A DNA stretch of 53,126 nucleotides, counting the filler, from Dimargaris cristalligena (lineage: Eukaryota), in assembly GCA_003614675.1 (NCBI GenBank). It is 2 parts of 2 records of this genome, joined end to end, with 100 filler letters (N's around TTAATTAATTAA, not from the genome) between each part and the next. Parts side by side here need not be neighbours in the genome. Positions count along the whole stretch, not along the records: positions 1 to 26,524 come from ML002538.1; 1 more part is not named here. One strand, written 5' to 3'. The position numbers were made by a program, and so were the translations under genes. The notes beneath the pieces were generated by a model that saw only the letters and a list, made by a program, of their open reading frames with translations, ran no database searches and was not told the origin of the DNA. This document shows, piece by piece, positions 12,343 to 25,245 of this stretch; within the stretch, counting starts at the first letter, position 1, and every line of letters begins with the position of its first letter.

Positions 12343-14448
12343 AGGATAGGGGCAATGGCCACCTCCCTTTAGGCCTTTTGGCCCCATTCAACTGCTGTAA
12401 TTCTACTTTAACCATGCCTTTCCACCGTACATGTATACACATGCTCATATTAATTACCACCACCTTTGTGTATAGCAACCCTAGGTCACATTGACCATGA
12501 ATTTTCTTGGTGATCCTTTTTTTTTGCTGCTCCCAACTACTATTATCTCCGTGTATAATTTTTCTCTCTACCCCGTGTACACAACTCTAGTGCTGATTGT
12601 TTGATATCCCTGATTATACCTTTACTTTCCCCCATTTAACTATCTGGGGCCGCTCTTTGTAATACCGTGGCGGCTTCTGCAGCGAATTCCTTATATACTT
12701 TAAGACCTCTGGCTTTTGAATTATGGGGATAAGGGGACTACCCATTCTCGGCTTTTGGTCCCCCTCTTTGAACTGGGACTGCCCCCCGGCCTCACTCCAC
12801 TTTTTTCCCCACTTTCATTCTTGGCCTTACATTTCATAGCAGTACTTACAATGCGTCACCCATTTTTTGCAATGTACCTGTACAGTACTTTTTTTCTCTG
12901 TTTGACGTCACTTGATTTTATGTAATGGACCTACCATTATTATTTCTTAACCATGACCGTCTTTCTTTCGCAACATCAATGGCGATAGATAGTACAGCTA
13001 CCTATGATTATCATACTCATATCTTAATGCAGGCCCTCGCATCCATTGATATCATGTACTTGCCTATAAATAAATGAATATTCCTATTTGAACACAACGC
13101 CCCTTACTTTGCGGAGAAAGATTTATGAATGAATTTTAACCCATCGTCTGGAGTGAAATGGCCAGCTATGAATTTTCCGCAGTGCCCAGAAATATTAATA
13201 GCGGCCGTCTGTAGCCCGTATATCGACTATTAATCATAAATCGCCTGGTTTGAAACATGATTATCTACGCATATTCAACTACAGCATCCGTGTTGGCAGG
13301 CTGGCGTATACTAAAATACAGTTGACTGTGGCCAGTAAATATTATTATTCTTAAACACTCCTATTTCACACCATGCAATTTAGATTGACTTAGCCCAATG
13401 CAAATGGGGCGGACGTACAAAAAAGGAAATACCATCCCTAATGGGACGTGTGGGGAGACGCGCGCTTCATTCACTAAACCTGATGTTTGGGGTCTACTTT
13501 ATGTATTTCCCAAGCCCCCTTTTCCGCCTTATGCTAATCACCCTCCCACCCCGACCTCGGCCAAAACCCTCTATTACAAATAGAGGGCAAGTTATACCAA
13601 ATTATCCCTACGCTCACCAATAATGCGAATAATGGTGTAATGGTGTAAAACACCTCTTCAAATAAAAAAAAAAGGTAATTCAAGGCATTCTTCGGAATCC
13701 TCGTAGCAATTTATTCAAAATTGGACCACTCAATCACTGCCGGGAATGAATTATTATCGGTTGGTTATAGTAGGGCTAATCAGGGGCATTTTAATTTAAT
13801 TTATAAGCCGTTTATTGTGTGATACCCGGACGAGAAGACAGTTAAATATACTACAAAAAAAATAGATATCTACAGTAGTCGGCCCATTGACGAAGAATGT
13901 AATTGGTTATCGGTAATGAATTTCCGTATCCTAGATCAAGTTGGGTTACCAATATAGTACTACTCAATCAGGAGTAACAATAAGACAGGCCCTTATACAC
14001 TGAAGGCATTAGCAGGGGAAAAGGAGATGGAGTATACACGCTGGCTAGGGGAATCTAAATTAAAATACGTCTCGAAACGAGTGGATTTATCATCCCAATT
14101 TAGTTTGCTGAATATCCATGGTTGACCACTATTATACTACTACTGCTAATCCTACTTCTATAATCTCGGGCTCCCTGGTCTTCCGCTTAAATTACGCATT
14201 GGTAATGAGCGATTAACATGCATTGGGTTGGAAATAGGCAATGGTGATGATGGTGGTGGTGAAATAAGTTTCTATAGAGAAATCTATTTTGGGGCTAGGA
14301 GTATTCTCGAGCTTCCTATTCGGATAGCCTAGGGGAGGGGTCGTTTACACCATTATGGTTTTTTGGAGTTCAAGTCTCGGGGACTCGGCCGAGTGGTTGG
14401 TGAATTAAAAATCAATGACGACGACATTGACTTATTAGACTGCCCTAT

Positions 14449-14470
14449 TATATATATATATATATATATA
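14449..14470. repeat. (TA)n microsatellite
   Basis: 11 perfect TA units. Confidence 0.9.
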
Positions 14471-14911
14471 ATATATTCTAGTGGAACATATAGACCCAGT
14501 AGTCGAAGGTCCATACAGTATAATTCCCATTGCAGTGTGCATATTTGTGCGGTTGAGAAAAGTCAGACGAGGAGAGGTTCTCTGATACCAACATTTAGAT
14601 TGTATTAGACTATGTTCTTTACAACCCTTTAATCTTATAATCAACCACATTGTGGTGAATGGGGGGGGGTAGATTGGTTCTGCAGTCGTCATTGGTGGGT
14701 CCAAAGAAATGCCTGTTTCCCAGCGCACAAGCTTTGTGGGATTCGTCAGCCCAGTGGGTTTTACTACCCATGGGGAGAGAATGTCCGGCGTTAATTGATT
14801 TGGCCCGTAGTCACCTCATTCGGTCTTAATTTTTTGGTTACCTTTGTTAAGTTCATATTGTCGCCATTAGTGTAGCCCAAGGGATGGCCTCTAGACATAA
14901 TCTCGGCTGAA

Positions 14912-16414
14912 ATGACTCCAACCTCTCCGCATCGCACCCCGCCACCGAACCCGAACCCGACCTCAACCCCAGCCGTAACCGTAGCCGCAGCGGTAGTACC
15001 ACCACCGCTGGCCACGGTCCCCATTGAGGCCTCGCCCGGTCGCATTGCGCTCCCCGCTCTGGCTGGGCTTCAGCAATGCAAGACCCGCCTCCTCACCCAG
15101 GACCTCGTGAATAGCCAAATCCAACCCGATCCAGCTTCCAAACGCCAGGCCAGCCAAGTGGGGGTGTCCACAGCGGTGGTGCGGTCCCTTTTACTCAAGC
15201 CCCTGTATTTATGGTACCGTACCCCACTCAAACTCTTCCGTCCCCTGCGGGTTGATTATCTGGCCATTGCCCGGTCGTTTTCGGCTCTACCCGTGGTTAA
15301 CCCTACCGGCACCGGCCATCCCCCTTCAACGACCCCAACCCCCGTGGGTGGCGCTTCTGCTCCTGCTTCTGCTTGTTCTTCAACTTCAACTTCCACCCGT
15401 CAACAAACCAGCGGATCGAGCGTTCCCGGTTTGGACGGGGGCAGTAGTCGCCTAAGTCGATTCCAGGGTCGTTTCCAGAGTACCTCGTTGGGATTGATCA
15501 CCCATGTGGTACGGCAAAACGGATTCGATTTTTTACCCCGGTATGTCTTTCCGCCCCTGATTGCCAATTCGATGGTGGGGGCCGTCCTGTTCACCACCTA
15601 CGCCTACAGTCTACCCCGGTTTCAGAGCGCGCTCCTGGAGACGACGGCACCTTCACCCCACCACCACCCCTTACGACCCACCCTGTCCGTCGTGCAGATG
15701 GGCCTGGCCGGCGCTTACGCAGGTGCCTTGGCTGGAGTGGCCCAAACCCTGGTGGCCGTACCCTGCGATAATCTAAAGGCCCGCTTTCAGATGGCTGATT
15801 TACTGAGTGGCAAATACCCGAGCGTGATGGGATTCGTGCGATCTACCGTGCAGCAAACGGGCTTATTGTCGCTGTGGCGGGGCCTGGGGTTGACCATGAC
15901 TAAAGATGTGCTGGGGTTTGCCCTATTTTTCGGTCTGTTTGAATGGGGCAAACAAGTTGGGTTCCGCTGGTTCGTTCGGTCCGAATCATCATCATCATCG
16001 CCATCATCGCCATCATTGACAGCCCCGGCCCCCGCATCGACCCTCGCCGGGCTCCCCTTCCTAATCCAGCCCACCTGCGTTCTGCTGGCCGGGGCCCTGG
16101 CCGCCTTTGTCTACCAAATTGTCGACTACCCACTGGAACGATTCCACCACGTGCTACGCTCCGACCTGGCCCATCTGGAACTCCACCACCACCAACACCG
16201 CTTCTACGATACTTACCGCCTCGCCTGGCGCCATTGCCAACGGACCGCCGCCTCCGAGCTGTTCGGTAATTCGTACCGGCGGCTGTTTTACGCCGGGTTT
16301 ACCGCCCATGCTCTACGGGCACTGCCGGCTACGTCGCTGGGGTTCCTGTGCTTTGAAATTGTGCGGAATGCTTTGGAAGATAATAGTGAGCCGGAGTGGG
16401 GGCAGCATTGGTAA
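14912..16414 (+). CDS. Mitochondrial carrier family (SLC25-like) protein, divergent fungal type (500 aa)
   Basis: Carrier signature Px[DE]xx[KR]x[RK] as PCDNLKARFQ, followed by GLLSLWRGLG...FALFFGLFE; degenerate repeats TPLKLFRP and YPLERFHH...LFYAGF...LRALPA...FLCFE; hydrophobic helices separated by Ser/Thr-rich inserts. Substrate cannot be assigned. Confidence 0.85.
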   Translation: MTPTSPHRTPPPNPNPTSTPAVTVAAAVVPPPLATVPIEASPGRIALPALAGLQQCKTRLLTQDLVNSQIQPDPASKRQASQVGVSTAVVRSLLLKPLYLWYRTPLKLFRPLRVDYLAIARSFSALPVVNPTGTGHPPSTTPTPVGGASAPASACSSTSTSTRQQTSGSSVPGLDGGSSRLSRFQGRFQSTSLGLITHVVRQNGFDFLPRYVFPPLIANSMVGAVLFTTYAYSLPRFQSALLETTAPSPHHHPLRPTLSVVQMGLAGAYAGALAGVAQTLVAVPCDNLKARFQMADLLSGKYPSVMGFVRSTVQQTGLLSLWRGLGLTMTKDVLGFALFFGLFEWGKQVGFRWFVRSESSSSSPSSPSLTAPAPASTLAGLPFLIQPTCVLLAGALAAFVYQIVDYPLERFHHVLRSDLAHLELHHHQHRFYDTYRLAWRHCQRTAASELFGNSYRRLFYAGFTAHALRALPATSLGFLCFEIVRNALEDNSEPEWGQHW

Positions 16415-19400
16415 TGAAAAGAAAATGGTATAGGAGACTGCTTTTCTGTGTAACATAGATTAATAATAAATTGCTCGAATTAAATATATAAAGTGCACCC
16501 AAGAATGCCGAATAAGCTTCTCGTCGGATTGAACCGATTGGTAGCGGGCGGGAATATGCAGGTGCTCCAAGGTTTGGCTATTACGATTTTCTGGACATAG
16601 GCGGGAATGCCGAAAAAGTAAATTCTCCGACCTACCCCTGTGATGTATCTATAGATAGCCGCTATACTTTATCTGCGTGCGAATCGTTGCCATGTCTATC
16701 AATTGTCGGGGACCAAAGACCTGGCGACAGCACACTTTATATCCACTCGGGTATATAGGGAAGGGTTGGATGCCTGGGATATTTCCGCTGAAACAACATC
16801 AATAGTGCGGCATTCTAATATTACAGAAGTCGCCAATTTGCTATCCGCCGAGTGGATTGCTGTACACCCTGGTCAGACATCCGATTCGGAACCCTATATC
16901 CCCTCCCCCCCCCCCAATCCTCTTTCGGCATCCTACTTCCGGCCCTTATCACCCAATTATCACTACAGTGGTATGCCGATACAACAGTATCGCCTCGACC
17001 TGGTTCATCGGGTCCAATGATCCACAGTAAAGTCTAACTAAAAATAGCCGGCCAATTAACCAAATACGCATTAGTGGAATTTGGTAGGCCAATCCTGCCG
17101 TTTCCCTTCTTCCTCCGCCCCATGATGAGATGGATGACAAGGAGCCAACGGAAGCAACGGAAGCCATTTGCACCTGTCCATCCTTTACACGTAACCAAAA
17201 CTCATTGAAAAGTCCAGGGAAGAGAAGCCTAATATACCAGTGTGGAGTGTTTTGTTCGTGTGGGCCTGGAAAGGGAGGAAACCCCTAGTCGGACGATCCC
17301 CAGGAATCGCGTCAATCAAAAATGGAGCTAAGGATAGTTAAACATGTCAGTATTGCTTGCTACTCGGAGGGTCACTTTAGATGGCCCATCATTGGTTACG
17401 CTTTCGATAACGCTGTCAATGATAAGGCCAGCTGTACCCCGGCAAAGGGCCATCCCCCTTTGGAGAGGCCTATTCTTGACAGTCTAGTAGTGGGTAAGCC
17501 CCGCACCCGTCGAGTTTTATTTCATTCAGAGATGTAATACATTCAACGCGTATAGAAAACACGGTACCAATCGGGATATAACGACTTCGATTGTATACTA
17601 CGTGGGTACTATCCATAGCTGGATAGGTGGGCTATAGGCCTAGTGCACCACTGTATTCAGACATACTATTCACCCAGGGCAGCTGAAATGATGATGCGAG
17701 GCCGGCTAATGTTCTATCCTTTTACAATTGATAAGCCAATGCACGCATCTTTGCCTATCTATTTAAGGCGAGAAATATACAAAGTGTTTTATTTACGACC
17801 ATCTGTACTTATATCCGACTGAATAGGGAATGTTACCAAGGGAACTCCAGGGAAGAGAAAGGGTATATATCCATCGATAGGGTCTCAAAAGTACAGTCGA
17901 TGGGAAGCTGGGGTTATCGCCCGCCCAACAGGTGCCATTTGTAAATGATTAATTAAAAAATGACTAGGTGAATCAGCTAGCCTGAGGAACCTAAAAAGCG
18001 ATGGATTAGAGAAATATTAAAATTAAATATAAGAGACATGATAAATCAAAGGGCAATAATATAGTTAATGCCTGGAAAGTTGAGCACCTTTTTAAATCTT
18101 CTCTAATCAATACCCCTGCATTTTGGGATTTGGGCGAATGGTGTACCCTCTCTATATCTTGACAAGAACATGGGGTTTCCACTCTAACCCAAAAGAATAA
18201 ACGGGGGAGACCTCGTAATTTGGTGGGCGGGGGTCTAGATAATCAAACTGTAGTATAATGGAAGGGACTATCCCGTTGACTCCCAATTTAAGGATTTGCC
18301 CATTCTTCCATCACACCTACCGTCTGTATGTCGGATAAATATTCTCTTATATCTTTAGTATAGCCACGGCGAAGGATCCTGTGGGGGTAAATTACTCGAC
18401 ATATTTGGTTCAGTTATACTAAGGAGAGAGGGAGCGGGATCAGCTGTTACTCCATTTCCCCTATTCGATTGGCCAGCTTTATGAAAGCAATGGGCATATG
18501 ATCATCGCTATTATGCGGGCTTTGTTTAGTTCACCATGTAACCAATGTCGGCGGTTCAACGTAACCACCATTAGTGCGGCTAGCTGGGGGGAAACGGCAC
18601 CCGAAGAATAATGATGTATGGTAGCCATACCAAACCAGACGACCAAATCTGTGGGTAATGCCAAGGCAGCCTAGTGATGCAAAATGAGACGCCCTGGATA
18701 ATAGCAACATATGTTTTAAAGCCCTATCATTGACTAACTAAAATCCGGGAAAATCGTAGCAACCACTGCATTGTAAATGGAAGCATCTGAAGGAATAAGT
18801 CCTAAGCCACTCTTCCAATCTCTCCGGTAATGATAAGGGTATAGTGGGTGCGCAGGTGACGGCTGTGACTGACTTGGAAGGGATACTGTAATGGGGTCGA
18901 GGTGGACCGGGGGATTTTATCAGTAGGGTTCGAGTCCGAGGTGGGATAGGGTAATTCGGGCGAATTATGAATGTTAGTAATAAAGTTAAATATTTTATTG
19001 AAACACACTTTTCCTCGATTTTGCATAGCTTCGCTTAATTTATAATTACGCTTTCGATTACGGTTCTTCGGTTCCGGCGCTTATCGCGCTTGCTTCGCTC
19101 GTTGGGGGACCGGCCGGAGTTCTGTCACGTGATGGGGAGGGAGAGCGGGCCGGGGATTCGTCGGGCGGTTGCAATACTACCTGTTGATCCAGGGAATGTC
19201 GTATCACTGCACTCTATACTATATTACCGTGCCAAATTGGGCTTAGCCAGTTTGAAAGTATTATACCCAGAGTCAACGTCGCACTGTCTGCGATTAAGAC
19301 CTTTCCGATCCAAATGACTAACTCCACCACTGGCTTTATAAAGTATCTGGAAGGCAAACCGGTATATACTGTGAATGTACGCTAAGACACCCTGGGAAGG

Positions 19401-22126
19401 GTTGGATTCCCTTATTTGAATTGTGAAGGTTTTGTTATTAGGAATATTGTAATGACAAATAAATCCACACAAGAGCATCACGAGCCCGAAGCCAATGGTA
19501 TATTTGCAGCCCGTCCCTATTTGGTAAGCCTGTCCATTTTTTAAAAATATTATTAATATGCCTGTCAGTTTGGCCGAGTCAATGCAAAAATAAAACCATT
19601 GGCCATGGCTTTCGTAGAAATGTTTTGTTTACATAGCAATATGTAGAAGAAGCGGCAATTAGCAAATCTAACAGGTGGACTGAAATGGGCAATTACAGTG
19701 ACCGTGATTGGACGTGTACTATAGATTGCTATGGTCTCGCTCCTACTACCGCACTGTAGAGGCTGTTCGTTCCGAAACCCGTTTAGTCAAATCTAGTCTC
19801 CATATACACTATTTAAATAAAGGACTGTTTCAGAGGCCATCCGCCACCTGTCATTGTCTAAATGACCAATGGGTCCATAGACATTACGTCAACGCTGAAT
19901 AGCCTCTCCTCCGTACCTGCCAGATACCCAGGCCATGCCAATAAATACCCAGGTAGGTGTCTACGTAAACCAGCCGCCACAGGAAGAAATCTCGAAGGAC
20001 ATATACCAAAGGGCCACCCTCGCCAATATCGGATAAATAGTGGTTGGAGGGTGAAGGTAGAGGCGTGAAGAATTCCATAGTCTCTCCGTTGGCCGAGCCC
20101 ATGGTATCAATTCGGGATAATTATGACCCATCACTAATCAAATTGAAGCCGTGAATTAATGAAGTGGTGGCTGAACGGGGCTTTCTCCTTTTCTCGTTTC
20201 AAGCTATGTTTAGCCGATCCAGAAGATATGAATACAACTTCGCCAATACACATTAAGAAAATATATACATGGAGTATCATTGCAAGAAATAGTGAAGATA
20301 TTAAACGATAGGCCCACCATTTCCCAAGGGTAGGAAGGCGTTGCGGGCAGACTCTATAGACATTACAGCTCTGCCTCTCTTTAAAAGGAACGAAAGGGGA
20401 GTGGCGGGGGTCTTTAAATTCCTTTACTACTATCGAATGGAGAGTAAAAATCGGCAGTATGGTGCCGGTCTATCATTACCCCCCACGCCCAACCCATCAC
20501 TGTCATCGCATCTATTTATTTTTATCACATTACCTCTCCGTCCACAGTAGTAGGGATGATCTGAATGATGAGACCAACTTCACGTAATTGCTTTATTGGG
20601 GATGCTCTAAGTGTATACCAAACGGGACTAGTGGTTCGGGAAAATCCTGCACCGTGTATGGAGAATCTGGATCGAGAGCTTCACTAGTGTGCGGTTAATG
20701 AGTCGAAGTGGGGAGAGTGGTTGACTCTGGTGAATGGATTTGAAGATGTGAAGAGAAGCAGATAATATTTTGGGAGTTGGTGGCGAAGAGGGGGACGGAA
20801 CGGATGGCATAAAGTAATCGCCGTAACATTAATAAAGAGCCCTTGAGAAGGGGGCAATTCTCTCCGTCAATCCCCACCTTTCCCTTTTGATACGGCCCAT
20901 CCCTTTGGCTCGCTTACCAAAATTCTGTACTCCAAAACCCCCAATGACAGGTCTCTAGCCCAATTGTTATATAGGCGGCTTGCAAGGGGCAGTTCATGAT
21001 GCGCGCGGTGGTGTTGCAGGTATCCCCAATTCCGGGTCGCTCTAATGATTGTAGAGGGGCGGAAATAGATGCGAAGCAAGATGTTCCAATGGGCGGCGGG
21101 TTTACAGTAATATATGAAGTTGTTTTTTAGGCTAGCATTTGCTCATTGCCAGCGAACTCCCCTTCCTCTCTACTATTCGTTGGCAATGTGGGCGAACTAG
21201 ACGGGGGGAGGAATAAAAGGGCGAGCAGTACCTAGTAACAAAGGAGGTGGTGCTATTAACTATACACCCCCCCATAGAAGGATTTGGTGAGCGGGCTACG
21301 TTGGACGTGTTCCTTTCCCGCCGCCCTACTGCCTCTGGGTCGGCTATTTTTAACAGTAGAGCTATTATCAGAGATACAAAGGGCGGGGTATCGCCAGAAG
21401 AATGGAAGGCGAGTTAATGTATTGCACCCAACACCGGTTATCGGAGAGAAGTGTCCACTTTATTGAGGCAATAGTGTCGTGGTATATTTCCCAACGCTGT
21501 CCAGGCCCCTCGATTAGAATAACGGGACCTGGGTGCATAATTAATAGGGGCGAAAGTCGGCTTGCGCTGGGGTTTGGGGGTGAACGGAAGGGGGGAGAAA
21601 GAAGGAGAGGGGGGGGATGAAGTGGCCCGCGACAGTGTCTAATATGAAAAGGGAGGGAGCGGATATAAAGAATCGGCAGGGCCCCCCGTACATTCGGTTT
21701 GGTCGAGAGTAGTCTGGGACTCGATATAAATAGAGGCTCTCTCTTTTACCACCAGCATTATAAAAATATAGACGAACCACTAGCGCTGGTCGAAATCTAT
21801 TATTATCTGGGCCACCCGTGATTGGCGGCAGTGGACGACCCTCCTATTTACTCAGACCGTTGGCGCCAGCGTCGTACTTCAGAGGAGGAATATAGTCAAG
21901 GAAATAGTAGTGGTAATGGCTGTATAGGCGGAACAAAGGTGAGTGGGGGGAGGGAGATGGACCCAAATCACACCAAGCGGTAGGGCGAGTGAAAGCGGGA
22001 GGGGGGGAGCTCGCTCACTCCGCCGGGCTTCTCCTTTCAATCTGGCCCGATAATACATACGAGAGAGATGGGGATTGTCGGCTTGGTTCCCCTTTCTCTG
22101 GCCCTCTCCTCCTTCACTTATCCCCA

Positions 22127-22134
22127 TATAAATA
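22127..22134 (+). promoter_or_regulatory. Putative TATA box of the 22999 gene
   Basis: TATAAATA followed by a CT-rich region with no ATG from 22163 to 22998. Confidence 0.45.
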
Positions 22135-22998
22135 GCACATCCCTCCCTTCTCCATCGAGATGGTTCCTCTCCTTATCCCTCATTGGTTTTTTGCCTATAC
22201 TCTCGTCTTTCTCTGCTGCTCCGGTTCATTCCCTGCTGTCGGCATTTAATACCAGCTGCCTCACTCCTTCTCCATTGATATTAGATATTTCCTCTGTGAC
22301 TGACGATTATTTACCCCGGCTATTTTTTTCCTGCATTCTGACGCACTGTCCTCCATACTCTTCCGCATTTCCTAATAATCCCCCCCTACTTTCGCCCGAA
22401 CATACTTAGCTGGGCCTCTCCCTAGTACATACCGCTTCCTTTTTTAAGCCCCTTACGGCCTTGTCTTTATCAAACGCCCCTTATAAACCCAAGCCGCCTA
22501 CGTAGCCTTTAATTCGAAGCTACGCTCCGCTATAGACCTTATTACCCCTCTCCCCTGACTGCGCCCCATTTTCCTTCACTTGTAGTAACAAGCCTTTCCC
22601 CCTCCTAAACCCCGTGCTGTATAGCCAACCACTACTTCAACTGGCGCGTCATTGTTTGGATTGGCCTCATACCTTTCTCTCGCCTTTAACTCTCTTTCAC
22701 GACGACCATCCACTAAGCCCATTGGTGGCTCTCTCTTAGACATATACTCCCTTTGAGCGTTTCGTATTGGGCTGTTTATCCACACATCCACTTTTGGTTA
22801 GAGCCATAGTTCTTTTTACAGTATATTTATCAGCCATTTTACTGTTTCCCTCCCGCAACCATCACACTGCGTCCCATTTATTAGATCAATAATTAGAGGC
22901 AATTTCCCCGATACACTTACTTACGTAGAAATATATAGATATATATATATATATACAGATAACCCGCCTGGTCTCCAAAGCGGTCCTATTTGACTACT

Positions 22999-25245
22999 AT
23001 GAGTTCGCCGGTTCCGACCGAATATTTTCCTTTAAACAAGGCCTCCGCTGTGCTACAGTGGCTATCGGCCTTTAAAAACCAGTCCAATATCGACGATAGC
23101 GCCGAACCTGCCGACTTCACCATGCGCGCCAAACCCGGTCAGCAAACGAACAACAGCGCCCGGAACTCGTGGCGGAGTGTCCGGGTGGTCGATGGCGCGG
23201 TGTTGGACCAATACGAAATCGAACCGCATCACCACGAATACACCTCTTCGCAGTTGGGTGCTGCTCACACTCCTTCGCGGCGCACATCTAGTGGTACTCC
23301 TGAACCCCATACCTACGATGACACCCAGTATGACCTCCACCAGCCCCAACCTCAGCACCAGCATCAACGCCTGCACCATTACCAAGCGACTGGGGAAGAG
23401 GCTCAATCTGAGTGCGACCCGGACGATTTTATGACCGCTTACGGTGATGGCCAAAGGAGTGTCTTGGGGCTTGCCGCTGTACCAGCCAGTCCCCGCTACG
23501 CCACCTATATCCCTTCGCAAACACCACCCCCTCCCCCGTTACCTATTATCATTACGACCCACCGGGGGGCCGTGCCAAAGACCCCCGTCTCGGCCCACCA
23601 CCTGTTTTCTACTGACGCGGCTGACCGGTTCCCATCGTCGCTGTCGTCGACTTCGCCACCGACTTTGCTGTCATCATCGGCACCCTCCCCATCGTCGTCT
23701 CCCCCTAAATTCTCGAGTGCGCCCAGTATTCCGACCCGCAAGTCATCCATTTTAAACCTGCCGCTCCCCGTCCATACACCACCGATCTCTCCCGCCACCC
23801 ATCCCGCTACCTTGGCCGTACCACCCACCCCAGCCTCCGTTTGGAAATCGAACCTCCCCGTGCAATCTCTGGAGCAAGTGGACGCCGGAGTTACCCGCAC
23901 CTCCACCGGCCAAGCGCGGTTTATCCCCTGCAAGGAACTCGCAATTACGTTAGCTCCGCGGCGGAGTTCGGAGGACAACGTGGTGTATAACACTACCGCG
24001 GCCCGCCAGAAACAACAACAGCAGCAACAGTCGTCGCTGGCCAGCGCGTCCCGTCAATCTCTGAGTGCGATCACTGAATCCGGGGACCGGTTTGGGCGCC
24101 AGCCCCTCCGCCTCGTCGACCACAGTACCTTATTAACGGCCCTGGGTGGGAACGGGTCCGCCGGAAATGGCAAGCGGAACATGGCCCAGGGCACTTCCGC
24201 CCTGGTGATGAATTCAACGTCAGCGGCGGCTACCCCCACGTTCCCTTCGTTCCCCACCATTTCATCCACTACCTCCTCCTCTTTAAGTGGCAGCGCCGCA
24301 TTTTTGTCAACCTCACCACCAGCATCGTCCAATTTGGCCGCCTCTTCCTCCTCGCACGCTACGCCGTACTCTCTGGAGGACCCCTTGCCGTTCAGCGGCC
24401 AGAGTCACGCAACCGGTTGGCCTCGGCCCCTGACCCGCCACGTCCTGCCGTCGTCGTCCAAGCTGGGGAAACGCGGATCATCGAAACCCAATATTTCCGC
24501 TCCTCTTCCGTACTACCGGAGCCCCATTCAGGATTGCGCTTCTCCGTCGGGCCTGAACGGCGAGCACAGTACCCACCCCTACCTGCACCACCACAACCAT
24601 TCAAGCCACACGATGTCCCAGGCCCCCGGCTCAGCATCGACTTATTCTTTGGCCAATGCCGCGTCCGCTTCCGCCTACTCGATCCACCAGGGTAATGTCA
24701 ATCTGACCATGACGCCTGGGTCGACACAGGGTGTACTCAAAGCCGAAAGCCTCATCACCAAAATGTACGGCTACTGGGCCCAAGAAATCGCCCTTCTCCA
24801 TAGCTCTTCGAGTGGTAGTGGTGGTAGCAGTAGCAGTCATACCTATGTCTCCCCTACCCCCAAAATGCCCTCCACCCCGGCCTTTCCCAGTAATCACTCC
24901 GCCGCTGCACCCCAAAGCCCCCGATCCGACGCCTCCTTCTGGACGCCGCCCACCTCCCCCACCTTACCCCCATCGGCTCTGGGGACCCGAACCTACCTCC
25001 TTCCCAATGGGACCAGTAACCACCTCCCCGCGTCGGCCACCGACAGTCAGGTTGACTTGAATCAGTCCGTGGATTATAACGAAGGTAGCCGTATGGGCAG
25101 CAACATCCGCGCACCCGTGGGGTTAGAGTTCATCCAGCAGCGGAGGGTCCTTAAGCATATCTTCTTTGAAGCTCTGGTGTCGGATCCGACAATGGCCAAT
25201 TTGACCATCCAACTGTCCATGCGGTCCACTGATATGGAATGTTAG
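22999..25245 (+). CDS. Hypothetical Ser/Pro/Thr-rich, largely disordered protein (748 aa)
   Basis: 2.2 kb open frame with GC-rich coding-like composition; first ATG is at 22999 (the track starts at an upstream TTG). No recognised domain; only short ordered-looking segments at the N-terminus, around LITKMYGYWAQEIALL and at the C-terminus. Confidence 0.8.
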   Translation: MSSPVPTEYFPLNKASAVLQWLSAFKNQSNIDDSAEPADFTMRAKPGQQTNNSARNSWRSVRVVDGAVLDQYEIEPHHHEYTSSQLGAAHTPSRRTSSGTPEPHTYDDTQYDLHQPQPQHQHQRLHHYQATGEEAQSECDPDDFMTAYGDGQRSVLGLAAVPASPRYATYIPSQTPPPPPLPIIITTHRGAVPKTPVSAHHLFSTDAADRFPSSLSSTSPPTLLSSSAPSPSSSPPKFSSAPSIPTRKSSILNLPLPVHTPPISPATHPATLAVPPTPASVWKSNLPVQSLEQVDAGVTRTSTGQARFIPCKELAITLAPRRSSEDNVVYNTTAARQKQQQQQQSSLASASRQSLSAITESGDRFGRQPLRLVDHSTLLTALGGNGSAGNGKRNMAQGTSALVMNSTSAAATPTFPSFPTISSTTSSSLSGSAAFLSTSPPASSNLAASSSSHATPYSLEDPLPFSGQSHATGWPRPLTRHVLPSSSKLGKRGSSKPNISAPLPYYRSPIQDCASPSGLNGEHSTHPYLHHHNHSSHTMSQAPGSASTYSLANAASASAYSIHQGNVNLTMTPGSTQGVLKAESLITKMYGYWAQEIALLHSSSSGSGGSSSSHTYVSPTPKMPSTPAFPSNHSAAAPQSPRSDASFWTPPTSPTLPPSALGTRTYLLPNGTSNHLPASATDSQVDLNQSVDYNEGSRMGSNIRAPVGLEFIQQRRVLKHIFFEALVSDPTMANLTIQLSMRSTDMEC

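Noticed and set aside
18857-19127. Possible solo LTR (TGAC...GTCA ends, TATA-like and AATAAA motifs on the - strand)
   Set aside because: Flanks (gcagg / cgtga) give no target-site duplication, and there is no second copy or retroelement coding sequence in the window.
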